Shown here: positions 26,191 through 38,499 of the stretch, piece after piece
Position numbering within the stretch: the stretch's first letter is position 1
Layout: each line of letters opens with the position of its first letter
Assembly (NCBI GenBank): GCA_051362555.1
Contig: CM120644.1
Coordinates: 5,340,954 to 5,404,953 of the forward strand
Direction of reading: 5' to 3'
DNA: 64,000 nucleotides
Source: Lingula anatina
Lineage: Eukaryota; Animalia; Brachiopoda
The notes under the pieces: generated by a model
Told to the model about the DNA's origin: nothing
Databases searched by the model: none
The model's input: only the letters and a program-made list of their open reading frames with translations
Made by a program: the position numbers and the translations under genes

Positions 26191-27047
26191 CAACAGTGCT
26201 AGGGACACTACTTTTTATTGATTTTTGCATGGAGGAGTTCATACCATGATAGCAGAGTTTATTTATGGTGTTTAGTATTTGCATGGCATTAGTGAGATTT
26301 TGTATTAATAAGGACCACTTTGTGTGTCGTTATTTTTTTTATGATTATTCTACTATGATTTTATGTTGCAACACGGGTTATAGAATGTAATGTTTGTCTA
26401 GCATTATTATTTTTTATTTATTTTTTCATTTTCATGTGCATCTTACTACAATAACCATAAATGTAACTCACAGTTCTATGTAATTAAAAAAAAAAAAATT
26501 AGAATGTAATTGTTAGTTTACCTTATTTTCAAAATCAATTTAAACCATTTTTTTCTTCTATGATGATTCTTTCAAAATTAATTTTTAATAAAAGTTTTAT
26601 TAGACCAATCAGACGTCAGACAAGCTATATCCTATATGATGACATTTTAATTCACAGACAGACTCAAATATTGTCAAGAAATGTGATTTTAGTATCAACC
26701 TAAACTTTATTGCTAATAATAATCAGGATACGTTCTCTGGCAAGGAAGGGATAGATTGCTTTTGAAAAAAAAAAGAAGAAACAGAGTACTTATGTACTTT
26801 CACTTATCTTAAGGTGACCTCATATTCCCAAGCTAAAAGAGAGAGGACAATCGATGTGCCCATGGAAGTTAACATATCTTTTTTCTTTCTGATACAAGTT
26901 GAGGGCAGAGCGCATTTTTACTGTTTTCAAATAACAAAGTATTCATGAAATCAAGTGAAAGAGGCCATGTTTATAAAGCAGTTCACAGTCGTAAAAAGTT
27001 TATCTTTGACATCAAAATAAAATGCAGGTTGTCACATTGTACTGATG

Positions 27048-27300
27048 GGGCTATTCAGATTGAGTTAGGTAGACCTAGCTAGTGTGATTTTACTAAATTG
27101 GGACTCTCGCTGAAAGAAATCAGATAAAGAAATGAACATGCCTCCTTGCATTGAGTAGAATACAGAAAAGCTGGTGTTTATACAAGAACATTAAAAACAA
27201 GAGGAGGGGTGTTTATATGTCAATCTGACTGCACTCAGCGAGAGCTCCCTCAGAGCTGGAATGCTCTAGGCAGACCTAAAGTTCCACTGGGAATGAACCC
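27048..27300. mobile_element. Degenerate MITE related to family A
   Basis: Ends GGGGCTATTC...TAGGTAGACCTAG and CTAGGCAGACCTA...GGGAATGAACCC, with internal inverted CTCTCGCTGA / TCAGCGAGAG. Confidence 0.5.
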
Positions 27301-27749
27301 AAAGTCACTGTTAACACACAGCCCTCTGTTCTGACATCCATACTGAGAAAGTACTTCATGTATTTAGATGACAAATGTCATTTTCTCACAAATCAGATAT
27401 AATTTCTGGTGACATTTTAAAGAGATTATCTCCTTTCTGAAATGTCACTTCCTGACTGAAGTGAGAGCTGTAGTAGAGCTTGTGCTGTCATATTTCCTAA
27501 TTGGCTTAGGGGAAGTTAATGATGTATGCCAGAGAACGTGATCCCGTAGATCCCATACCTACGTCATGATAGGTTGTGCTCTTATGAAATGTGTTTTATG
27601 TAATTTTTTCTGCCTTCTCTGCACTGTATAAAAAAAATACCATTACACAACTGACATTGTACTAATGGATGAAATTAAATTATATTATGTAGAATTATAA
27701 AACAGTTGTTATGTTGTAAATTTAATAATTTTTTTCTTTTTCTCCATAG

Positions 27750-27792
27750 AGATGGCTGGATCCTCTGAAGAACCTTAAGAAACAGATACGAC
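27750..27792 (+). CDS. PTPN4: PTPN3/4-like coding exon 3 (FERM F1)
   Basis: atag|RWLDPLKNLKKQIR+C|GTAAGT, 43 nt, phase 0-1, with the FERM WLDPxKxxxKQ motif. Confidence 0.95.
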
Positions 27793-29416
27793 GTAAGTTC
27801 CTTCATTTCTGGTCTTAGTCACTTCAGATAGGTCAAGTAACCCATCAAAGACAGCTTTTAATACAGTCAACTTTAGGAACTTGAGCTAATTGTAGTATTG
27901 ATGAAGTTAATTGTGTATTTGATTATATCTATATATGTACAGCACTGTGGCATAGCTACTTCCAGTCAAGTTTCATTTTTGAGAAATTGGAGGAAATTAA
28001 TTTGGTTTTCTTACTGGTATCTCACAGGACTTGATGCCTAGTGAGCACCTTGGGTTCTGAGGTGATTTTCTATATATACAGTGTTATACAAAAATGACTA
28101 AACTGGTTTATTGTCTATGAAATGAACTGCTTCTTTATAGTATGTCAGTATATGAAATCTGTTTTTAAATTAGATAAATTAGCAAAAATTATAAAGTTTT
28201 TCAAGCATGGCTGCTGTTGCATCTGGCTCAAAAATAAAGCAACCCCACTTGAACAAAAGCCATGATAAGGCTTATGTGATCAAAATAAACCAAACACATA
28301 CAACCTGGTTTGAAATACATTGAAATTTCAGGTATGAAAATTAACTTTTTCGACTTGAAATTCTTTCTGAACCTGGGCCCTGTGTGGAGAAAACAATAGT
28401 CTTGGACCTTAACTGATCTCTGTGACTCGGGGTGGAACCCTGGTGTCTTCAACTAATTACCAGATTATTACTGCCTCCAGATCAATACCTAATATCTCAT
28501 ATATCTGTCATGGGGTATTAAGATGGACTCCAATATCTTGGACATCGGGGTCAGTCGGACCGTAAATTCTCTCTGAATTCGAACGAAATGTTTTTTCTTA
28601 ATAACACATTTATCAATGCAGTTGATTTGTTAGTGGTTCCTGAAATTGACGATTTTTAAGTTTTGAAAAAATTATATGTTATTAAATACTTATGTGGGAT
28701 GAATATTGAAAATGAAAGAAGGTTTGAAAAAGAATTGTTCGAAATTTGTTTATTATCACAATTTTTTCTAATCTGTTTACTTCCTAGGGTCCAGCACTAC
28801 GAGCCTATCAGCCTGATATTTAATAAGATAAATGGTATTTTGTGATGTAAATCAATAATGCACTTTACGTATTGAAGGTCATTTTATACTCCTTGGAATT
28901 TGCTGGAAGTTGTGTCCCTGTATTATTTGGGTACTTACGGAAGGTGTGAGTTTCCTGATTGGATAACTACAGTAAGCAAAATAATTATAAATAAATGAAG
29001 TGTCTGTTTTATTAGGTTTCCAGTCAACATACACTTCTAATATACTGATGAAACTACAAATTACCTGGAGAACAAACACAGAATATGCGATGCCAGCTTT
29101 GGTATACAATTAGAAACAAGAAAAGAACCATAATAGAATTTTTTTTTTCAGTTTTCAGTTAGACTTCTTTACACACTACTGTGCCAAGCAGTTCGACCAA
29201 GATTAATGAATTTATTTCAAAGAAATGTCATTTTGGTCTTTATTTTTATCAGCTTGCTGTTATATGTTTTCCAGCTTTCCTGGGTTACTGTGAACCAATC
29301 AGATGTCCAGGCCAATTATGAAATATCACGAAGGAATTATCAAAGTGAAAATGATTTACCATAAATGTTTATATTTCTTTCTTTTTTTTTTTTTTTTCTC
29401 GTTGGTCAAATTGCAG

Positions 29417-29495
29417 TAGGTCCACCGTACACACTAGAATTTGCAGTCAAGTTTTACGTCTGTGATCCATGCAAGTTGACAGACGAGTACACCAG
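29417..29495 (+). CDS. PTPN4: PTPN3/4-like coding exon 4a (mutually exclusive with 4b)
   Basis: Long T tract, gcag|(L)GPPYTLEFAVKFYVCDPCKLTDEYT(R)|GTAGAG, 79 nt, phase 1-2. Confidence 0.9.
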
Positions 29496-31574
29496 GTAGA
29501 GCCACTGTGTATACAGGGTCATATGTACACACATATATTGGCGATTTCTTTTATTATACTCACTGGGCTCACTCTGGGCAAATGCTCCTTTATATAAGCA
29601 AAATCGATGGTTGAATCAGGCCAAAAAAAAAAAAAAAAAATCCCAATGAGAAATTTGGCTAAATATCCATTTATAGTTGAAATGTGCTGAGCCAGACTGG
29701 GTCCAGATTTGATGCTTGCCAGAATACGCACATGGAATAGTCTGAGGCTGATAAGGTGTCAGGAGACGTTTTGAATGTTTACGGGATGGTCTACCTAATA
29801 TGCTTACAAAACAATCTATTGCTTTTAGAGGTTCTTTCAACCTTGGCAAATCATTGGAAGTGGTCTGTTAGGAATGTGTAAAATTGTATAGGTTTGTATT
29901 TCATTTTCATCCTGATACTGTTCTTCAGCATAGATACAAGCCCTTCATAGATAAATCCTCAGAAAAAAGTGTATGAGACAGTGAATCATAGCAGATGGAA
30001 TTATTTCTATAATACCACCTCAAACTCCCCTTGTTAAGAATACTACCAAGAACTTGGTTATAATATGCAACAAATCGTACAGTTTGTAGGATTTCCCTCT
30101 GTTCACCATTCTAAGAGTTCTCAGTGCTACATGTGGGCAGACATTTGTCACCTGTGCATAACTGCATCGTTGATAACCTTCAGCATAAATACGAACAAAA
30201 ACGTGCCACTCGAACAGTTGAAACTGGCATGAAATGGCCATATTACTTTTATTACTTGGAATAATTTGACAGATGCCTAGACTGAATGTGACACTTAGAT
30301 TCACAGAAATCTGAATTCATAGATAACCCTTGCCACAGTCTGGCTATTACCTACACTGTAGATATGAATTTTGTATTTTATTTCTCATGGGATTAAAGGA
30401 ATATTAATGTTTGAACAGAAGATACAAAATGCAAAAGATACAGTAAAAAAATTATTTATCATCGCAAATGCAGTATGTAATTTTAGGTGTCATCATGACT
30501 AGGCAATAGAATTTTTCACCAGGCATCTAAAAAATAGATGAAGGTCATTCTTCCCAAGACTTTCAAGGCTCAGTTCATCATCCTTTTAATCAAATTGCCT
30601 GGATGTTTCTAAGTTTCCAGAGAAATTTGCTGCTCCATCAAGGGCTGGATTACTGGGATAGACACCCGTCTTTTATGCCCTTGTTTCAATTTTCTCATCC
30701 ATTAATAGAACAGCATGTGCTTCCTGGTAGGGCTGCAAAAAAGTCATTTAGAACTGCACGTAATTTCAAGATGTATAGCTGAACTCCTGGAAACCACTGG
30801 AATTGTTAATGCTGCAGTCTTCCTTGTTGAAGTAAATTATCTGTGGCCAACAGAATGAATAGCTAAATGCCTTGAAATTACAGGAGTTAGTGCACTCGTA
30901 CTTGCTGAAGTAATGAATCCGTGACTGAAAATCAGTCTTACTTTTTTTATTGAATTTGAACATGTGTAGAGATGTATCCTGAAACAATAGCCTGTAAGTA
31001 TTTAATATATTGAGGAATGAAGTCTGAAGTTTTAGTTTAAATCATTTTTTTTAATGAGATATTTTGAATTGTTTAAAAAAAGATGTTTGAAAAAGGGAAA
31101 GTGTTTGGCCCTTGGAAATTTTATCTGGTTTGGGTAGCTGTATTTTGCTGCCTGTTTTTGAAATGACTATATAATAAATAGCATAAGGGAATGATATGAC
31201 TTTGACCTCTTACTCAAAGAAATGAAAATAAAAAATAGGTTAACAAATACAACAGGAAAGAATAAAAATATTAATTATTAAGAAACAAAGATACTGAATG
31301 GATAAGGAAGAAATAAGTTCTTTATAAAAGGTCTTCTTGACATGTAGAAATTGCCTGTTGTAGACTTTTCTTTACGCAATTCAGATAAATTGGATTTAAT
31401 TTAGTGAAAAATTGAATTGTAAAAAAAAAAAAAAAAAAAAAATCACCAGAGACACCTTATATGGGACCAATTCCATGTGTGTATATATGTGTGTACATTA
31501 CTGTTTACATATACTATATTTACTTTTTCAGTTTTATTTCAACTTTCCTCTTTTTCTTTTCCCTCCTGTTTCAG

Positions 31575-31653
31575 TTGGTCCGCCCTATTATTTCCAGTTT
31601 GGGGTCAAGTTTTATGTGTCTGATCCCAGTAAACTGAGTGAGGAATACACAAG
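31575..31653 (+). CDS. PTPN4: PTPN3/4-like coding exon 4b (mutually exclusive with 4a)
   Basis: Pyrimidine tract, tcag|(L)GPPYYFQFGVKFYVSDPSKLSEEYT(R)|GTAAAG, 79 nt, phase 1-2. Closer than 4a to the PTPN4 VKFFVSDPxKLxEEYTR motif. Confidence 0.93.
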
Positions 31654-32920
31654 GTAAAGTGGGATAGTCCCGCACAGAATCACTTGTAGGCTTCTGATTG
31701 GATGGCTGTGTCACATGATTCTGCATGTGCTTGCTTACTGGCTTTGGTCACTCTTGCCACTATTTAAGAGATATCTCTCCCCCCCCCCCCCCCCCCCCAA
31801 CCCCCAAAAATGTGTTTGTGTATGCTGTTTCACAAGAAATCTTAAATTCTTGATGGCAAACTTGTTTCGACTTTTTTTAAAACTGCTTACAGTCTCAGTG
31901 TATGGCTTCTTCCAACCTTTCTCTGTGCTTTGCTCTTTTTACTTAACATCTAATCGGAACGGTTTCATGCGATGCTATGTCTGCCAGCTTTTATAGTTTT
32001 AAGCTTGTGCAGGAATGACTACATGGTCCTTCTGCTGTTCTCCAATACCTTGAGCTGAACATGTGGTTATAGCACTTGGTCACATGATCTGTTGCTTGCA
32101 AGCTTTTGATTGGCCAGTTCTAGCATTTGACAGTCCTGTTCAGAAGCTTAGTATAATATCATTTTGTCAGTATTCTGGTGATTTGTGTCTTTTTACTGGT
32201 AAGCAGGCTGAGTCTTGGAACTGGTTTTTTAAGCCACTCTGTATCATGTGTTAGAAGGTATCTTTGGTCAGTCATGGGATATAAACTTAATTTGAAGTTT
32301 TATGGGTGTGGCTCCCAATGCACAAGATGTTTGTATAATTTCATATTGTTCAGTTTTTCTCTGCATAAATGTTTTGTTGTGATTTCTTTAATATGTCTAT
32401 TCGTGTTACTCTGTGCAAGGCTTTGTTCTTCCACCTTACAGAATATGACAGGTTGCGCCCAAATGTCTAAATGTATGATTGTATTGCTATTATAAACAGA
32501 ACATGTCCATACCAGTTGATTTGGTTTCATGAATGATAGTTCACCCCATGCATCCACCCCACCCATGTGACCAGGAGACCGTTAACTCTGCCCCCCCCCC
32601 TCTATCCCCCCCTCCCCCCTCCCCTTCAACTCCCTTGACTTGCTCTTTTCTTTGCTGTGCTTTCATGCTCAACTTTGCTTTTACACGTTAATTATCAGTC
32701 TATCACTGTTGCTTGGTTTTCTTTTTTTTTTTCTTTTTTTTTTTGCTTTTTTTCTTGAAGACAAATGAGTATGAATCTAAGTCTACAAGTAAAGAAATTT
32801 AAGTCCATTTGTTTTGCCAAAGAAAATCGTTGCAGCTGTGTTTGATCAATTTAGTATTAAGTTTTTATCTTTTGATCATTTCCATTTCTCCAGCATGTCT
32901 GCCGTTTCCCTGTGTTTCAG

Positions 32921-33018
32921 ATACCATTTCTTCCTCCAGTTGAAAAAGGACATATTAGAGGGCAAGCTTGTATGTCCACCTACCACGGCAGCACTACTGG
33001 CCAGTTACGCTGTGCAGT
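32921..33018 (+). CDS. PTPN4: PTPN3/4-like coding exon 5 (FERM F2)
   Basis: tttcag|(R)[32 protein letters not shown]+T|GTAAGT, phase 2-1. Confidence 0.95.
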
Positions 33019-33020
33019 GT

Positions 33021-33145
<125 letters not shown>

Positions 33146-33476
33146 TGAAGGGGAAGATGAAGGAATGAGAGAGAGGGTGGGAGAAGAAAGGGTGGGAGGA
33201 GAAAGGTTTGATTAGGAGCAGACAGTAAATAATGTGCACAAATACATGAGATTAGTGCTTGCAGTTACGGTTGCATACTGCAAAAGATATTTTCTTTATT
33301 TCACTGTGAGGCTACTTATCACATTATTAAGACATGATATATAAAAAAATTACATCAATTTAGCTCTTTGAATGAGCTAGGTGAGTGTATTCAGCCTGTA
33401 CTCTGCTTGAATTATTTGATTCGTGTTCTTTTTTATGTGTTCAATAAATTTACGAGTAAGCACCTCATGTTTTCAG

Positions 33477-33597
33477 CTGAACTTGGCGACTATAACCCAG
33501 AGGAACACACAGATGGCTATCTCTCAGAATTCCGCTTCATTCCAAACCAGACGGAGAATTTTGAGAGAGAGGTGTCTGAGTTACACAAGCAGCATAA
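33477..33597 (+). CDS. PTPN4: PTPN3/4-like coding exon 6 (FERM F2)
   Basis: tttcag|(S)[39 protein letters not shown]+AA|GTAAGT, phase 1-2. Confidence 0.95.
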
Positions 33598-33799
33598 GTA
33601 AGTTTGAGGATGATAAATATCAGGAAAACTGTTACACATTGGTTCATCTGGGTTTGAGCAAGTATATGGAGTATTATACAAATGATGAACATGTACATTT
33701 TTGGCTAAGGAAAAAATGTTTTTGTTATTCTTGCAAAATTAGTCATAAATCTAATCAACATTTTTGATTTGTTAAAAAAAATTGTAGCTATTTGCTTAA

Positions 33800-35011
33800 G
33801 GTAGATCGGTCGTTACATGTTCCAACGTTCGAATTTTTTTAAAATTTTTTTTGTTTGAAGAGACACCCAAGTACATTAAAAATTTGCAAAAAAAATTGGG
33901 GGTCACCGACCAAATAAGAGAACTAGCCCCAAATATGATACACCCTGCATATCGCACTAGTCCCCATTCAAATCAATGGGAAAATGGGTGTTTTCTCACT
34001 AAAGCATTATTTTTTATGACTTTCTGACGTTCGAATTTTTTTAAAATTTTTTTTGTGTAAAGAGGCCTCCAAGTACATTTAAATTTTACCAAAAAAATTG
34101 GGGGTCACCGACCAAATAAGAGAACTACGCCAAGTTGAAGTGCGCTACACCCTGCGTGACGCACTAGTCCCCATTCAAATCAATGGGGAAATGGGTGTTT
34201 TTCACCAAAACGTTATTTTTTATGATTTTTCTAACGTTTGAATTTAAAAAAAAACTTTTTTGTGTAAAGAGGCATCCAAGTTGATTTTAATTTTGCCAAA
34301 AAAGTTGGGGGTCACCGACCAAATAAGAGAACTACACCAAGTTGAAGTGCGTTACACCCTGCGTGACGCACTAGTCGGAAGTCCCCATTCAAATCAATTG
34401 GAAAATGGGTGTTTTTCACTAAATCGTTATTTTTTATGATTTTTTTTTTGTTTGTGTGTGTGAAGAGACATCTAAGTACATTTAAAACTTTCATTATGTT
34501 TAAAAGTTGAAGTGAGTATACTCAGCTATTTTCAGATTTGTCAAACTGATGAGAGGTGTAAGCCATTAACTTTACAACAAAATTATTGAAGAGAATAATA
34601 AGGGAAATACTCATGCATATGAAAATAGTTTATTGCCGTTGTTATTTTTTAATGAATATAACATGAACGTGACATCGTAAACACTGTGTTGTCAAGTAAA
34701 ATGAAGCGTCTGATACAAAGTATCAAATGCGGCATTCACGTGCATGCTTGCGGTGCGTTCAGTACACTTTGTTTACTCTGAGAAGTCAAGGTCAGAAGTG
34801 CACAATTTTTCTGTATAATATAACGCAGTTTTAATTTTGATTAGTGAATTTTCTTCAAGCTGTAGACCCTATGGCCATTTTCTGAACATTTGTATAAGCT
34901 ACGAAATATTTCTCAGTCCAAATTTCTCTAAGTCCAAATGAGTGGCGTTACGACGCACTTCCGGTTTTCGTCGAAATCTAAACTACAGCAGCACATTCAG
35001 GGCGTTCTACC
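33800..35011. mobile_element. Non-autonomous TTAA-type (Kolobok-like) element carrying a tandem array
   Basis: TTAA-GGTAGATCG ... CGTTCTACC-TCAA termini; CpG-rich relative to the host intron. Confidence 0.6.
33824..34490. repeat. Tandem repeat, ~205-bp unit, about 3.3 copies
   Basis: TTGGGGGTCACCGACCAAATAAGAGAACTA and GTCCCCATTCAAATCAAT each recur three times at ~203-210 bp spacing. Confidence 0.92.
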
Positions 35012-35239
35012 TCAAAATGTACGCAGCCGCTTTGATTGGAATTTACAACACTTATTCTTTACATGACATAGCACCTACGTGCATAATTTGTGAGCTTTAG
35101 CTGTCATACATTTTCTAGTGCCAATTCAAATTGGAAAAGGAGCTATGACATCACAAGCAAAATTGATGAGGTCACATGCAGGATTGATGATATCACAAGC
35201 AAACTTCCCTGTAATTTCTCTCCTCTTCTCTCTCTCCAG

Positions 35240-35327
35240 GGGTCAAATGCCTGCAGACGCTGAATATAACTACTTAGACGTTGTAAAGCGATTAGACATG
35301 TATGGTGTAGACGTCCACTTGGCGAGG
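35240..35327 (+). CDS. PTPN4: PTPN3/4-like coding exon 7 (FERM F2/F3)
   Basis: ctccag|(K)GQMPADAEYNYLDVVKRLDMYGVDVHLAR|GTAAGG, phase 2-0. Confidence 0.95.
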
Positions 35328-36346
35328 GTAAGGGTAAGCACCACTTTATTGCCTGTAGAAGTAGTAGCCGGTGTGTTTGGGGGTGGGGGGGGGGGGGGGA
35401 GGGGTGAATAATACAAATGTTTTAAAATTTTACTAAGACCATTCACGCATGACCTGGAGATTTCGAGTAGTTTAAGCTGTGGGAAATGTGCTACGGTGGC
35501 CCTTGTATAACATCGGGCTAAAGCTCTGCATGTGAGCCTTCATGTAACACTAACTAGGAACTAGGGTGTAAAGCTTATATCACGGGAGGGGGGGTGCTTG
35601 CTAAGAGTTCTTTACATCATGTATTAAGCCCTGAACCCTGGCCCCTTGTTATAGGGTACATACTATGACCCTTGTTTATCACCTGACTGGCCTGCACTGT
35701 ATTGTTATCAACTTACACAAGACACTATTTCAAGGCTTAGATCTCCTTAGCTCTTGGCACTAACAAATTATAAAGAGTATTAATTGAGAAAATAGTCATT
35801 CTACCTGCAAACTGCACAATATTAAAATGCTTGCACATTTTTGATTTTTGCTCTGCTGTGTTAAGACACGGGTTTTACAACTGTACACAGTGTTATAATA
35901 TAACCAAAGCTTTTTAATACCATGCACATGACTGTTGTTTGGTTTGGAATTGGTTTGCTGTTTCTTTTCTACTAAAAACAGAGCAAATTTATGTTGGTGA
36001 TCATTAAAATTTGTTTTTTTTTCATATCCTGAGTTAAGTTATTGCATTTAATATGAAACAAAATACTTAAAGTTAAACCTTCTAGTAAGTGATAGTTTTT
36101 TCTTTAAAAAATTGTGAAATTGAAAGTATTAGATATTAAGCTAAAATCATGAAGGCATTAACCCTTTCAAATGTTAAACATGGTGTAGACTGCACCCTAG
36201 TTGGTGCCAATAACTGTACGTTCTTATGAATTCTCTATTAGCATAATTTGTTCTTTCTTCAAGCATACATTTAGATCTAGCTGTCTTTGCTGAACTTCAC
36301 CAATGGCAAAATTGATTGAATATTGATTTTTTTTTTCATCTCTCAG

Positions 36347-36435
36347 GACCAAAGTAACATGGACATCCAGCTGGGTGTGGCGTCAGCAGGACTGGTGGTT
36401 TTTCAGAATAGCGTAAAGATTAATACATTTTCCTG
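36347..36435 (+). CDS. PTPN4: PTPN3/4-like coding exon 8 (FERM F3)
   Basis: ctcag|DQSNMDIQLGVASAGLVVFQNSVKINTFS+TG|GTGAGT, phase 0-2. Confidence 0.95.
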
Positions 36436-36472
36436 GTGAGTTTTAGAAAAATTTCGGAAGGGATCTTTATTT

Positions 36473-36488
<16 letters not shown>

Positions 36489-36559
<71 letters not shown>
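36489..36559. repeat. (AT)n microsatellite
   Basis: About 35 AT units following a poly-A run. Confidence 0.95.
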
Positions 36560-36562
<3 letters not shown>

Positions 36563-36946
36563 ATGGTGAGAATAATATGAAAAAGTTGAATTCAGAACAA
36601 TTATAAAAAAAAATCAAAACAGATTGATCTCCAAGATTTACAGAAAGTATTCATGTGGAATATGGAGAGTTAAAGATTTAGTCAGTGATATTTGGAAAGC
36701 AGGTTAAAGGGTAAAGTGAAAAAGAATGTTAAGGTAAATTCATTAACGTAGACTTTAAAAGGAACTTCATGGCAAGGCTAGCGGAATTTGTTCATACTAT
36801 TTTTATAAAGTTTGCTGGCATTTGAACTGATTTTAAGAGTAAAAAAAATGTTATTGTATGAAAAAAAAAATAGACAAAGTGCTACGCATATAATGCATGT
36901 TAAATCAAATCTAAATTGATTTCCTCCCATTTTTTTTTTTTCTCAG

Positions 36947-37022
36947 GGCGAAAATAGTGAAAATATCTTTTAAAAGGAAACAATTTTTTATCCAACTCCG
37001 ACGAGAGATAGGAACTAACAAT
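36947..37022 (+). CDS. PTPN4: PTPN3/4-like coding exon 9 (FERM F3)
   Basis: ctcag|(W)AKIVKISFKRKQFFIQLRREIGTNN|GTAAGT, phase 2-0. Confidence 0.95.
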
Positions 37023-38097
37023 GTAAGTACTGGGAAAGAGAACTCCTTTCAGCTGGAAGCATGCTATGTAACCAGACTGTGGTAATAACTCCTCCTTTTA
37101 AAAGGGGCAAAATGTGAATTTTACAAATACTGTATTTCTAAGTCATAATTTATTCAAATAAGAACATTCTTATCGAGTGGTAGCAACAAAATTAAAAAGC
37201 AGGGTCTTCAGTTGTTCTCTTCTATGCAGTAAAAACACCACATATTCTATACAGAAATATGAATTTTTTTATTACAAAATTATGTATCTGGAAGTAGGAT
37301 AAATTTTTGCCCATTGAAAAGATCCAGTAATTACCATAATTCATACAGAGATTTCCTCAGATGACAGTCCCATTAGCACTCTGGCAGAGATTTCAGCTTG
37401 AGTACCTAGTTAATGGCCCATTACAGGTGTTTTGATGTCTTAATGCCATTTTAATATTGCAATATACTTGAAAGCCAATTTACCAGTCAGTTCCAACATT
37501 AATGCTCCACATAGCTTTCCTGTTCTTTCTTGACTACTGCCTCTCAGTATTGAATATGTTGCCTGATTCCATTTGGAGTCTCAGTGAAAGCCTTAACAGC
37601 AGTGCTTTCCCTAGAGAACCATCCTGGGTAATGAAAGGTTGGGGACTTGACTTGCATGGGTGACACTCCCTGTAAAATTGGTGACACCATTACAGGTTCA
37701 CATTTTGGGCTCACTGTATTCTGAATTCTTTTGCTTCACACAAACTCTTCTGCTTCGCAAATACTCTCCCTCCATGGACTTATTAACTGTTATGATGAAA
37801 TGATGGTGTATGTGAAGCCTGCTTATTGTGGATTCAAGGTTTTAACACTTGCCTCAGTATAACATCTGTTTGCCATGGTGACGGAAACCCACTCATTGGG
37901 ATAAATTGGCAATTTGAGGCGTGATTTGTGACTCTGTTGTCATGGTTCCTGTGTCAGTAGTTTGTTTTACTTAAACTTAAATCTTTGAATATCAGGAATT
38001 TTTAAATTCCAGCAATAGTCTTTAAATCCATTTACTCTGGTACAAGATTTGTTTTTAATATTTATTAATATGATTGTGTTTCTTTTTATGTCTTCAG

Positions 38098-38261
38098 AAC
38101 GACAACATAGACAACCTCATCGGTTTTTACATGACAAGTTATCGGTCGTGTAAAAACTTGTGGAAATCTTGCGTAGAGCATCATACGTTCTTCCGATTAC
38201 ACAAACCCAATCCTCCCATTAAGAAAAAACTTTTGTCACTAGGGTCAAAGTTCAGATACAG
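38098..38261 (+). CDS. PTPN4: PTPN3/4-like coding exon 10 (FERM F3 end, start of FERM-adjacent region)
   Basis: ttcag|NDNIDNLIGFYMTSYRSCKNLWKSCVEHHTFFRLHKPNPPIKKKLLSLGSKFRY+AG|GTATGT, phase 0-2. Confidence 0.95.
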
Positions 38262-38274
38262 GTATGTAGCCTTA

Positions 38275-38499
38275 GAGACCATTCCCACAGATATTTAGAT
38301 GGATCTTTCCCCCTGGGGAGTCTCACTAGATTGTTGTCAGGTTAACCAGATTAAATGTCTGCCCCTTCTACGAAAAGCTGTAAAGGGTAATTAACTTTAG
38401 TGCACGCTCGGCACCTGGAAGCTGACAGCAATTTAGCGTGAACCCCCAGGGAGTTAGGTCGATCCAGATGGATCGATCTAAATCTGTGGGAACCCAGTC
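38275..38499. mobile_element. MITE family A copy 6
   Basis: Near reverse complement of copy 4, TTA/TTA target duplication, 13 nt downstream of the end of exon 10. Confidence 0.88.

Noticed and set aside
32277-32330. Possible third copy of exon 4 (GYKLNLKFYGCGSQCTR)
   Set aside because: Only KFYxC and TR match, the spacing is wrong and there are no suitable splice sites; likely chance.
32761-32788. Candidate microexon after a strong pyrimidine tract and AG at 32760
   Set aside because: Available donors give 8, 20 or 28 nt, causing frameshifts or an immediate stop; no support for coding use.
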